A program made the translations under genes and the position numbers. A DNA stretch of 64,000 nt from an uncultured bacterium. GTDB taxonomy: Bacteria > Armatimonadota > Abditibacteriia > Abditibacteriales > Abditibacteriaceae. The stretch is taken from positions 1,612,001 to 1,676,000 of the forward strand of contig CAWJLW010000006.1 of assembly GCA_963843795.1 (NCBI GenBank), in the 5' to 3' direction. The notes below the pieces were generated by a model. It was not told where the DNA came from, did not search any database, and saw only the letters and a program-made list of their open reading frames with translations. Positions 55,918 through 64,000 of the stretch are shown in pieces. Within the stretch, counting starts at the first letter, position 1. Every line of letters begins with the position of its first letter.

Positions 55918-56631
55918 ATGAGCGCAGACAAAGAATTTGAAGACGTTCACGCCGAAGATCAAGACGAACTGGACGCCGTTGTTATCATCGACAACGGCGA
56001 ACCGTTGGTTGATTTTTTGAAAGACGCGCCGCCGCAACTGGTTTTTGCACCGACGCATCCAGTCTTTGAAATCGCGCGCGTTCATCTGGCACGGCAAAGC
56101 ATGGCGCGCATGTTACACGAAGCCGCACGCGCTTTGCCCGCAGGTTTGCGTTTGCAAATTGTCGAAGCCTATCGTCCAATTGAAACGCAGCGTTTGATGT
56201 TCGCGCACGCCTTACAACGCGCGCGCGAGCGCTTCCCTAACTCCGACGAAGAAACTATCGTGCGTGAAGCTGGTCGCTACTCGGCTCCGCCGGATGCGAT
56301 TACGCCACCGCCACACATCACCGGCGGCGCGGTGGATTTGGGAATCATTGATGAAAACGGCGAAAGATTAGATTTCATTTCGCCTTTCGAAATGATGGAT
56401 CAAAAACAAGCCGCGATGCACGCGCGCGGCTTGAGCGAAATTGCCGAGCGCAATCGCGCTTTGCTGCGTTCAGTTTTGGAGCCGACAGGCCTGACCAATT
56501 ACGCCGACGAATGGTGGCATTGGAGTTATGGCGATAATGGCTGGGCTTTACGCGTCGGCGCTCCGCACGCAATTTATGACAAAATCGCGCTACCAGATGA
56601 TGCGCATTGGATTGGCGGGCCGGATGCGTGA
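55918..56631 (+). CDS. M15-family D-Ala-D-Ala dipeptidase-like (VanX/DdpX)
   Basis: EAYRP, HITGGAVD, EWWHWSYG. Confidence 0.88.
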   Translation: MSADKEFEDVHAEDQDELDAVVIIDNGEPLVDFLKDAPPQLVFAPTHPVFEIARVHLARQSMARMLHEAARALPAGLRLQIVEAYRPIETQRLMFAHALQRARERFPNSDEETIVREAGRYSAPPDAITPPPHITGGAVDLGIIDENGERLDFISPFEMMDQKQAAMHARGLSEIAERNRALLRSVLEPTGLTNYADEWWHWSYGDNGWALRVGAPHAIYDKIALPDDAHWIGGPDA

Positions 56632-56655
56632 GGCAAGTACTTGCGGGGCGATTTT

Positions 56656-57654
56656 ATGAGAATTAGCAAGCGACAAGAAGTTGCGCCGAAAGAAATTTGG
56701 AGCATGGAAACCCAATTTAGTGCGTGGCTGGCTTCGGAAGCGGGCTTGGAGTTGATTGCCTCGGATATTGGCATCGAAGTCGAAAACGCGCGCACCGAAT
56801 GTGCGCCGGGCGATTTTCGCTGCGATATTGTGGGCAATGCGTTGGGCGATGAAAATCATCGCATTGTGATTGAAAATCAATATGGCAAAACCGATCACGA
56901 CCATCTGGGCAAAATGTTGACGTATGCAGCAGTTCACGAAGCAACGACTGGAATCTGGATTTCCGAGCGCATTTCCGACGATCATCGCCAAGTTATCGAT
57001 TGGCTAAATTCTATAACGCCCGCCAATGTGAACTTTTATCTGGCGCAAATCAAAGCGTATCGCATTGATGATTCAGCCGTCGCGCCGGAACTGGATGTGA
57101 TTTGTCGGCCAAATTTGGACGTCAAAATTCAACGCGGCCAGAGTAAGAAAGAATTGAAAGAGCGTCATATTTGGCGTAAAGAATTTTGGGACGATGTTTT
57201 ACCTTACATAAAAGACCAAAACCCGCCCTTCAATCTACAAAGTCCAGGCATTAAATATTGGTCAGCGATTGCATTGGGACGCACTGATTTTTGGTTGGAG
57301 TTAGTCACAAAGTTGCGAAATCCGTGTATTCGCTGCGAAATCTGCATCAAAACACCATGGCGCTTGGCCGCATACGAACAACTCTACGAGCAACGCGCAG
57401 AGATCGAAAATGAAATAGGATGCAAATTGGAGTGGATTGCATTAGAAGGGAAAAGCTATACGCGCATTGGGGTAAGTAAGGAAATTGATCCCAAAGACGA
57501 AAACAATCGCGATGAAATTAAGCGTTGGATGAATCATTACGCAACAGCTTTCTATCGCGTATTTCGACCGCGCATCCAAAATCTCGATGCCGATTATGAA
57601 GCAGAAATCGTCCCGCAAGTACTTGCACCGCAAGAGCAACACACATTTAACTAA
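56656..57654 (+). CDS. DUF4268-domain protein with N-terminal PD-(D/E)XK-like nuclease
   Basis: DIVG...[18 protein letters not shown]-terminal FW...[11 protein letters not shown]. Confidence 0.75.
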   Translation: MRISKRQEVAPKEIWSMETQFSAWLASEAGLELIASDIGIEVENARTECAPGDFRCDIVGNALGDENHRIVIENQYGKTDHDHLGKMLTYAAVHEATTGIWISERISDDHRQVIDWLNSITPANVNFYLAQIKAYRIDDSAVAPELDVICRPNLDVKIQRGQSKKELKERHIWRKEFWDDVLPYIKDQNPPFNLQSPGIKYWSAIALGRTDFWLELVTKLRNPCIRCEICIKTPWRLAAYEQLYEQRAEIENEIGCKLEWIALEGKSYTRIGVSKEIDPKDENNRDEIKRWMNHYATAFYRVFRPRIQNLDADYEAEIVPQVLAPQEQHTFN

Positions 57655-57668
57655 TTTCTAAAAACAAT

Positions 57669-59316
57669 ATGCCTAAACGAACTGATATTCACAAAGTTAT
57701 GGTCATCGGCTCCGGCCCGATTGTCATCGGACAAGCCGCCGAATTTGATTACGCCGGAACTCAAGCCTGCGCTTCGCTGCGCGAAGAAGGCATTTCGGTC
57801 GTCTTGGTCAATTCCAATCCGGCGACGATTATGACCGATGCCGATACTGCCGATGCGGTTTATATCGAGCCGCTGACCGTCGGGTTTTTGGAACAAGTCA
57901 TCGCCAAAGAACGGCCCGATGGACTTTTGCCCAGTTTGGGCGGACAAACCGGTCTGAACATGGCCTACGAATTGGCCGAAGCCGGAATTCTGGATAAATA
58001 CAACGTCGAACTTTTGGGCACGCCGTTGACTTCGATTAAAAAAGCCGAAGACCGCGATTTGTTCAAGGCCACGATGCAACAAATCGGGCAGCCGGTTCCC
58101 GAATCGGTCATCTGCGACAACATTCGAGGAAGCGCGCGCTTTCCGCGATAACATCGGCTATCCGCTGATTATTCGCCCGGCCTACACGCTGGGCGGAAGC
58201 GGCGGCGGCATCGCGTGGAACGATGAACAATTGGAACAATTCGTGCGTTCGGGTCTGGATCGCTCGCTGATCCATCAGATTTTGCTGGAGCGTTATCTCG
58301 TCGGTTGGAAGGAAGTCGAATATGAAGTGATGCGCGACGCCAACGACACGGCGATCACGATTTGCAACATGGAAAACTTCGATCCGATGGGCGTTCATAC
58401 TGGCGATTCCATTGTGGTCGCGCCCAGCCAAACGCTTTCCGACAGAGAATATCAAATGTTGCGCAGCGCGAGTTTGGAGATTATTCGCGCACTGGAAATC
58501 GAAGGCGGCTGCAATGTGCAACTCGCGCTTGATCCGCATTCGCCCGCGTATTATGTAATTGAAGTCAATCCGCGCGTCTCGCGCTCATCGGCTTTGGCCT
58601 CGAAAGCAACTGGTTACCCAATTGCGCGCGTTTCGGCCAAAATTGCCATTGGCTTTCATTTAGATGAAATCGCTAACGCTGTTACGCAGAAAACTCTGGC
58701 GTGTTTTGAACCGGCGCTGGATTATTGCGTAGTGAAAATTCCGCGCTGGCCGTTCGATAAATTCTCGACTTCCGACCGGCGCATCACGACGCAGATGAAA
58801 GCGACGGGTGAAGTGATGAGCATCGACCGCAACTTTGAATCGGCGCTGATGAAAGCCTTGCGTTCGCTGGAAATCGGCGTGGTCGGTTTGCGCTTAAAAG
58901 GCGTCGGTTTGCTGAGCGAAATGGAAATCGAAGAGAAATTGCGCGTGGCAACCGACGAGCGCATTTTCGTGATCGCCGAAGCCTTTCGTCGCGGAATGTT
59001 GATTGATGAAGTGCATCAATTAACGAACGTTGATCGCTGGTTTTTGCACAAAGTGCTGCGTTTGGTTGAATTGGAAACCGAACTGCGCGAAACGACATTA
59101 GACAAAATCACGCGCGAAGAATTGTTGCACGCCAAGAAATTAGGCTTCAACGATGCACAGTTGGCACAGTTGTTGAGTTGTGATGAAAGCGAATTGCGCC
59201 AGAAGCGTAAAGATTGGAATATCGTGCCGGTGTATAAAATGGTTGATACCTGCGCTGGTGAGTTCGAAGCGGAAACGCCGTATTATTATTCGTGCTACGA
59301 AACCGAAAACGAGTAA
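57669..59316 (+). CDS. carB: Carbamoyl-phosphate synthase large subunit, N-terminal half only (+1 frameshift near 58128)
   Basis: [33 protein letters not shown]; ends [23 protein letters not shown]. Confidence 0.92.
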
Positions 59317-59361
59317 AATTGTCCTGCAAGTACTTGCAGGCAAAAACTAGAGGAGACAATC

Positions 59362-59586
59362 ATGGCGACGAAGAAACAAACGGACGAAAGCATTACAACA
59401 AACGAAGCAGCCACAGAAGAACCGAAATTAACGCCTTTGCAGCGCGTGAAGCAGCAGCAATCTCGGATGCAGCAAGCGCGTAGCGCAGGCACTTCGCGCA
59501 AAATCAGTGGCGAAGATGACGCAGCGGGCACAACCGAAGGCGGCACCAAACGCATTGATTTACAACGTCGCAGTGGCGGCGGATAA
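59362..59586 (+). CDS. Small hydrophilic protein (C-terminus RRSGGG)
   Basis: Strong AGGAG RBS, 74 aa, followed by a terminator. Confidence 0.65.
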   Translation: MATKKQTDESITTNEAATEEPKLTPLQRVKQQQSRMQQARSAGTSRKISGEDDAAGTTEGGTKRIDLQRRSGGG

Positions 59587-59591
59587 ATAGA

Positions 59592-59651
59592 AAGTTGAAG
59601 AATAAAAAGCGCGCTGCGAGTACTTGCAGCGCGCTTTTTATTCTTCAACTT
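59592..59651. terminator. 60-bp near-perfect palindrome centred on a motif variant
   Basis: aagttgaagaataaaaagcgcgctgcgagt|acttgcagcgcgctttttattcttcaactt. Confidence 0.8.
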
Positions 59652-59695
59652 CGTTTTTAAGTCAACTTCGTTTTTAGGTCAACTTGGTTTTTAAG
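59645..59695. repeat. 17-bp tandem repeat, three copies
   Basis: tcaacttcgtttttaag / tcaacttcgtttttagg / tcaacttggtttttaag. Confidence 0.88.
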
Positions 59696-60470
59696 TCGCG
59701 CTTTTCGCAGCTTTGATGGGAGCTTCCACATCAGCTTTCTTAGCTTTCAAGCGCGTAATCGTACACGCATACGCTTTAGTTTCGGGCCTGGTCACAGTTT
59801 GATTATTAGACACTGCAACAATGGCGTTTTCCAAGTCGGTGCTTTGAATTTGGCTGGTATCGTAGATGCTATCATCGACGCGACCGTGATAGCGCAGTTT
59901 GCCTTCGCGGTCGAGCAAAAACGCTTCTGTCGTGCATTGAACGTTGAACAGATTCATCAATTTCTGGTCGCCATCGCGCACCAAGGGCCAGTTGTAACCG
60001 CGTTTTTGAGCGAATTGTTTGATTTGCGCGGAATCTTCTTCGGGTAGAGGAAAAACATAAATCACGCGCAAGCCTTGCGCAGCGAATTTTTGCTGCAAAG
60101 TTTTCATGCGGCTATCGTAGGCTTGCACGCACGGGCAAATCATGTCGGCAAAGAATACAAGCGGCATCTGGCCGCGCAGCTCAGAAATGCGATGAGTTTT
60201 GCCATCGACATCGGTGTAAGCGAAATCGGGCACCGGATGGTTGAGAGCGACAGTTTTGGTGTCGGCGACAGCTTGGGAGTAGCTGTGCGGCGAGGAAAAG
60301 GTAATGCCCGCGTTCTGTCGGTTGGTGCTGTCTCCGCCGCCCGAAATCCCCATCGAAGCGGCGGCGGCAACTGCGATAATCGCTGCGCCAATCGGCAGCA
60401 CAATAGGCCAATAGCGCATCCAACGACGCGGTTTTGGCTGGCGCGACGAACTCGATTGATTTTGTGTCAT
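59691..60470 (-). CDS. Membrane-anchored redoxin (AhpC/TSA-like)
   Basis: PDFAYTDVDG, CPC, LRYHGRVDD, AYAC. Confidence 0.85.
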   Translation of the reverse strand: MTQNQSSSSRQPKPRRWMRYWPIVLPIGAAIIAVAAAASMGISGGGDSTNRQNAGITFSSPHSYSQAVADTKTVALNHPVPDFAYTDVDGKTHRISELRGQMPLVFFADMICPCVQAYDSRMKTLQQKFAAQGLRVIYVFPLPEEDSAQIKQFAQKRGYNWPLVRDGDQKLMNLFNVQCTTEAFLLDREGKLRYHGRVDDSIYDTSQIQSTDLENAIVAVSNNQTVTRPETKAYACTITRLKAKKADVEAPIKAAKSAT

Positions 60471-60934
60471 GAGTTTGCTCCGGTTTTGGCGGCCAAATTC
60501 AGCTTTGTCGAAGCGGGCAAGATTTCGATGTTGTCGATAATCAGACCTTTGCCCAACTTCAAATCGAACCGAATTTTGTCGCCTGCTTTAATCTTTTCGG
60601 CATCGGCATCGTTACGCAGCGGAATCGTCATACGCATCGCTTCCATAAAATCAGGGATTTTTTCATGGTCGATTTCCACTGCGGATGGCTCCTTAGCTTG
60701 TGCGGGCTTTACCACCGCGACGATTTGGCCGCGCACGCCAGCATAAATTTTTTCGTTTGGTGAAGTCGCCTCTGACGCAGTTCCGACCGTTGCACTTTTG
60801 GCAATTGCATTCTCGGCAATTGCATTCTCGGCAATTGCATTCTCGGCAGAATTTGGAGCCGAATTATCGGGTGCGCCGCAGCCAGAGAGCGCCAAGACAC
60901 ATCCCAAAGCACCAACGAGGAAGTTGGTTTTCAT
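60467..60934 (-). CDS. Lipoprotein with CusF-like copper-binding domain
   Basis: Lipobox LSGC; IDHEKIPDFMEAMRM; GDKIRF. Confidence 0.8.
   Translation of the reverse strand: MKTNFLVGALGCVLALSGCGAPDNSAPNSAENAIAENAIAENAIAKSATVGTASEATSPNEKIYAGVRGQIVAVVKPAQAKEPSAVEIDHEKIPDFMEAMRMTIPLRNDADAEKIKAGDKIRFDLKLGKGLIIDNIEILPASTKLNLAAKTGANS
60801..60848. repeat. 15-bp coding tandem repeat, three copies (AENAI)
   Basis: gcaattgcattctcg x3. Confidence 0.9.
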
Positions 60935-61089
60935 AGAAAATCCTTTTCGCAACCAAGCGAAGTATTCGGTTGAAGGCTTTGAGTGTGATACCATTTCGTG
61001 CGCGCAGCACGCGCCAATTGGTTATCAATCTATTGGGCTGTGCGTTTACTGTGCCTTTCTATTAATCCGCGCCTTCTCACTTGGAACAG

Positions 61090-64000
61090 TCAGGCGTTTT
61101 CATGGCGCCACTTTTTGGGCAGATAAACTGAAAATGTGGTGCCCTGCCCGATTTGGCTTTGCACTTCTATACGGCCCCCGTGTGCTTCGACCAATTGTTT
61201 TACCAGATATAAGCCCAATCCGGTGCCTTTAATGCCACGCTGCTGAGCATCGGGAGTGCGATAATACTTTTGGAACAAATTCGTCACTTGTTCTGCACTC
61301 ATGCCCATCCCCTGATCTCTGACATGGAGAACCACTTCATCGCCCTCTGCAAGTACTTGCAGCGTAATTAGACCACCTTCGGGCGAGTATTTAAACGCAT
61401 TAGAAAGCAAATTATTCAAAACCTGCTCGATACGATCCGGGTCGAAATCGGCCATAATCGGACGAATCGGCGCTTCGAAAGCCATCTGATATTCTTCACG
61501 ATTACCGAGCGCGCGACGATGTTCGTTCAGCATTCGCTCGCCCAGCGCGACCAAATCGGCGTATTGCGGACGAAATGATAGTGTGTGACCGGCATCGAGC
61601 CGGGAAACATCGAGCAGTTCGGAGATCATGCCATTTAAGCGTTTGCAATGCTCTACGATGACGCTGCTCATCTCGCCGCGCTGCGCGCTATCCATGTTTT
61701 CGCCCGCGCCCTGTAACAGCGATGCATAACCCAAAATCGTCGTCAGCGGAGTGCGCAATTCGTGCGCGACATAAGAAATGAATTCGGTTTTCATTCTGTC
61801 CAGTTCGCGCTGTAACGTCACATCGGCCACGACTAGCATTGCGCCCAGAGGGCACTTATTTTCGCCCAGCAAGGGTACAAGATGCGACGACAAAACTAGC
61901 GGCTTCAAGTCCGTATTGTCGCTTTTACTTCTGTCTTTGGCATTTTCCAGCACAACGTGACGCACAAATTCGCGCTGAATTTTCTGTGGGCTATCAGCTT
62001 TATCAACTCGGGCAGACGGGCTTGGGATGAGCGAGTCGAAAAGGGTCGCCAGTTCCGGCCAACCGTGCGAATTCAGAAAAAGGGGAACGTTCGTGCCGAT
62101 GGGCGGCGTGGCACCGCGCAAAATTCTCCAGGCAGCACCATTGACATATACCGCGCACGCGTTTTCGTCGGTAATAATAATGACGTCTTCAATATTTTCG
62201 ATGGACGCCAACATCTTGATATTCTGCTCGCTCATTACCGAATACGCCAAAGCCAGCTCGCGGTCGGCGGCTTCGATACGGCCTTGCAATTGTTCATGAA
62301 AAGCTACATTTTCCAAAGCCAGAGCGGTCTGTGCTGCCAAATTTTCCAGTAAAATCGCTTCTCGCGGGCCAAATATGCGACCATTGCGCTGTCCCAAAGC
62401 TACAAAAACCTCGCCGCTCGCCACGTTTTGATTTTCACCTTCATCGGCTTGCATCAAAGGCGCTGCTACCAAAGTACGCGATAACGGGAGCGAGCCACGG
62501 CTGCTGCGCATTTGCTGGAAAAGGTGCGCGCATATTTCATGCAAATCTGCGTGTTCGCTTATGACCTGGAATCCGTGGCGCTCAGAACTGCGCTCATGTT
62601 TGTTTAGGTGCGTACGCTGAGGTTGAATCTGGCGCACGCGCTGCCACATCTCACTGGGACGTTCGTCGCTTTCGACAATGGCCGCGGGCCATAAAATCGC
62701 GCGTTGCTCGCGCATAACGGCATTGGCTAATTCGGCGCGCAGGGTCTCATCCGTCGCCAACTTATCCGACACGGGTGGGGTGCAAGTACTTGCGGTTACG
62801 ATCCACACATATTGAGCATCCAAGACTTCGCGCGCAGTCTGCAACGCGACCTGTCGCAAGCGCTGGCGGTCGTAACCAGCTGCGATAAGCGCGCCTCCCG
62901 CCAGCGTGGTCATCGCGCTATCGGCACGCCAACTGGCTTCCCACGAACGTCGATAGTTATAAGACATCACCACCGCATAAGTGAGAATAACTCCAGCCAA
63001 CGGTTCCATTAGCGGCAAATAAGTATCAATAAATGTCAGCAGCAAAACCGCCGTTAACATCCAACTCGCGGCGAGCGCCAGTGCCCAAAGCGTCCCGCTG
63101 CGCGCCTGTCGCGGTGCCACCAGAGCTCCAGTTGCCAGGCACACCAAAACCAGCAAGGCTGGCGCGCTCCAATCGGGAGCGATGTGCAAAGGCCGATTTT
63201 GTAAAATATCGTTGGCGGCGTTGGCTTGAAGCTCGATAGCGGGTTGGGCTGACGAAAAAGGCGTAGAGCGAAATTCATACGCGCCCGCTGCCACAATGCC
63301 CACGAAAACCATGCGATTTTTCAGTTGCGCGCGCCCCACTCGACCATCCAAAACGTCCTGATAAGTAAAAGTCGGAAAAGTTCGGTAACTACCGGACCAG
63401 TTGATCCAACTTTCTCCTTCATTATCGATGGGAACACGCCGCACGCCGATGTCTATAAATTGATCATGCGCGCTAATTTCTTGCGGCGCAATGCCCAGCC
63501 AGTGCGCCGAGGCCGCCAAAGCCAACGAAGGAAAAACGCGGTCGCGATAACGAATCAGGTGCGGTATGCGCAGAAGCGAACCGTCGCTTTCGGGAAAAAT
63601 ATTAAGATGGCCAATGGAAGCAGCGCTCTGACTGAGTGCTGACCACGAAGAACTAACCCACACCGCGCTTTGAGCACGAACATTGTGTGAAGAAACCGCA
63701 AAACGATTGGGTAACGTAAACACATTGGCACGCGTGCTGGCCGGGACTTGCGCGGCAGAAATCGAGGGCACGATGAACGCTGCCGCTTGCACGACGTTAT
63801 TGGCACGGCGCGATAGCTTGGCCAGAAGTTCATCGTCGGCCAGAGAAGGCGATGGCTCGGAAAATAAAATGTCGAAAGCGACAGTTTTGGCGCCCTGCTC
63901 TACCAATCGTTGCAGAACACGAGCATGAAGCGAGCGCGGGAGAGGCCAACTTTTGGCGCGTGTCACGGTCGCATCATCGGCCACGATAATTACAATGTTA
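61090..64000 (-). CDS. CHASE2-GAF-PAS sensor histidine kinase (5' end outside the window)
   Basis: WPLPRS, FDILF (CHASE2); AHELRTPLT H-box; NLLSNAFKYS, DQGMG, GTGLGL. Confidence 0.93.
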   Translation of the reverse strand, partial: NIVIIVADDATVTRAKSWPLPRSLHARVLQRLVEQGAKTVAFDILFSEPSPSLADDELLAKLSRRANNVVQAAAFIVPSISAAQVPASTRANVFTLPNRFAVSSHNVRAQSAVWVSSSWSALSQSAASIGHLNIFPESDGSLLRIPHLIRYRDRVFPSLALAASAHWLGIAPQEISAHDQFIDIGVRRVPIDNEGESWINWSGSYRTFPTFTYQDVLDGRVGRAQLKNRMVFVGIVAAGAYEFRSTPFSSAQPAIELQANAANDILQNRPLHIAPDWSAPALLVLVCLATGALVAPRQARSGTLWALALAASWMLTAVLLLTFIDTYLPLMEPLAGVILTYAVVMSYNYRRSWEASWRADSAMTTLAGGALIAAGYDRQRLRQVALQTAREVLDAQYVWIVTASTCTPPVSDKLATDETLRAELANAVMREQRAILWPAAIVESDERPSEMWQRVRQIQPQRTHLNKHERSSERHGFQVISEHADLHEICAHLFQQMRSSRGSLPLSRTLVAAPLMQADEGENQNVASGEVFVALGQRNGRIFGPREAILLENLAAQTALALENVAFHEQLQGRIEAADRELALAYSVMSEQNIKMLASIENIEDVIIITDENACAVYVNGAAWRILRGATPPIGTNVPLFLNSHGWPELATLFDSLIPSPSARVDKADSPQKIQREFVRHVVLENAKDRSKSDNTDLKPLVLSSHLVPLLGENKCPLGAMLVVADVTLQRELDRMKTEFISYVAHELRTPLTTILGYASLLQGAGENMDSAQRGEMSSVIVEHCKRLNGMISELLDVSRLDAGHTLSFRPQYADLVALGERMLNEHRRALGNREEYQMAFEAPIRPIMADFDPDRIEQVLNNLLSNAFKYSPEGGLITLQVLAEGDEVVLHVRDQGMGMSAEQVTNLFQKYYRTPDAQQRGIKGTGLGLYLVKQLVEAHGGRIEVQSQIGQGTTFSVYLPKKWRHENA

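Overview
Bacterial chromosomal window, mostly core metabolism: purK/purE, gatCAB, a his cluster containing purT and a HAD phosphatase, argC, kdsB plus a GT9 glycosyltransferase, a pyrR-pyrB-pyrC-carA-carB(N-half) operon with a PyrR attenuator, three tRNAs (Phe, Asn, Val), and accessory hydrolase, oxidoreductase and membrane genes. The lineage cannot be fixed from sequence alone. The dominant unexplained signal is a highly iterated 12-14 bp palindrome, (T)GCAAGTACTTGC(A). By eye I count 44 exact copies plus about 17 one-mismatch copies, against roughly 0.004 expected by chance at uniform composition. It occurs inside genes in all three frames (QVLA, ASTC, KYLQ), 9-12 nt before many start codons, and at the centre of loop-less palindromes up to 64 bp at gene ends. 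This resembles a HIP1/uptake-sequence/REP-like system with a sequence I do not recognise. Other notable points: a probable 12-nt in-frame insertion of the motif in hisB, a likely SigB/F-type sigma factor fused to a degenerate GGDEF-like domain, a split carB, a small ORF with an in-frame TGA in the pyr operon, and seven +1 frameshifts that look like systematic sequencing errors. All counts and alignments are manual.
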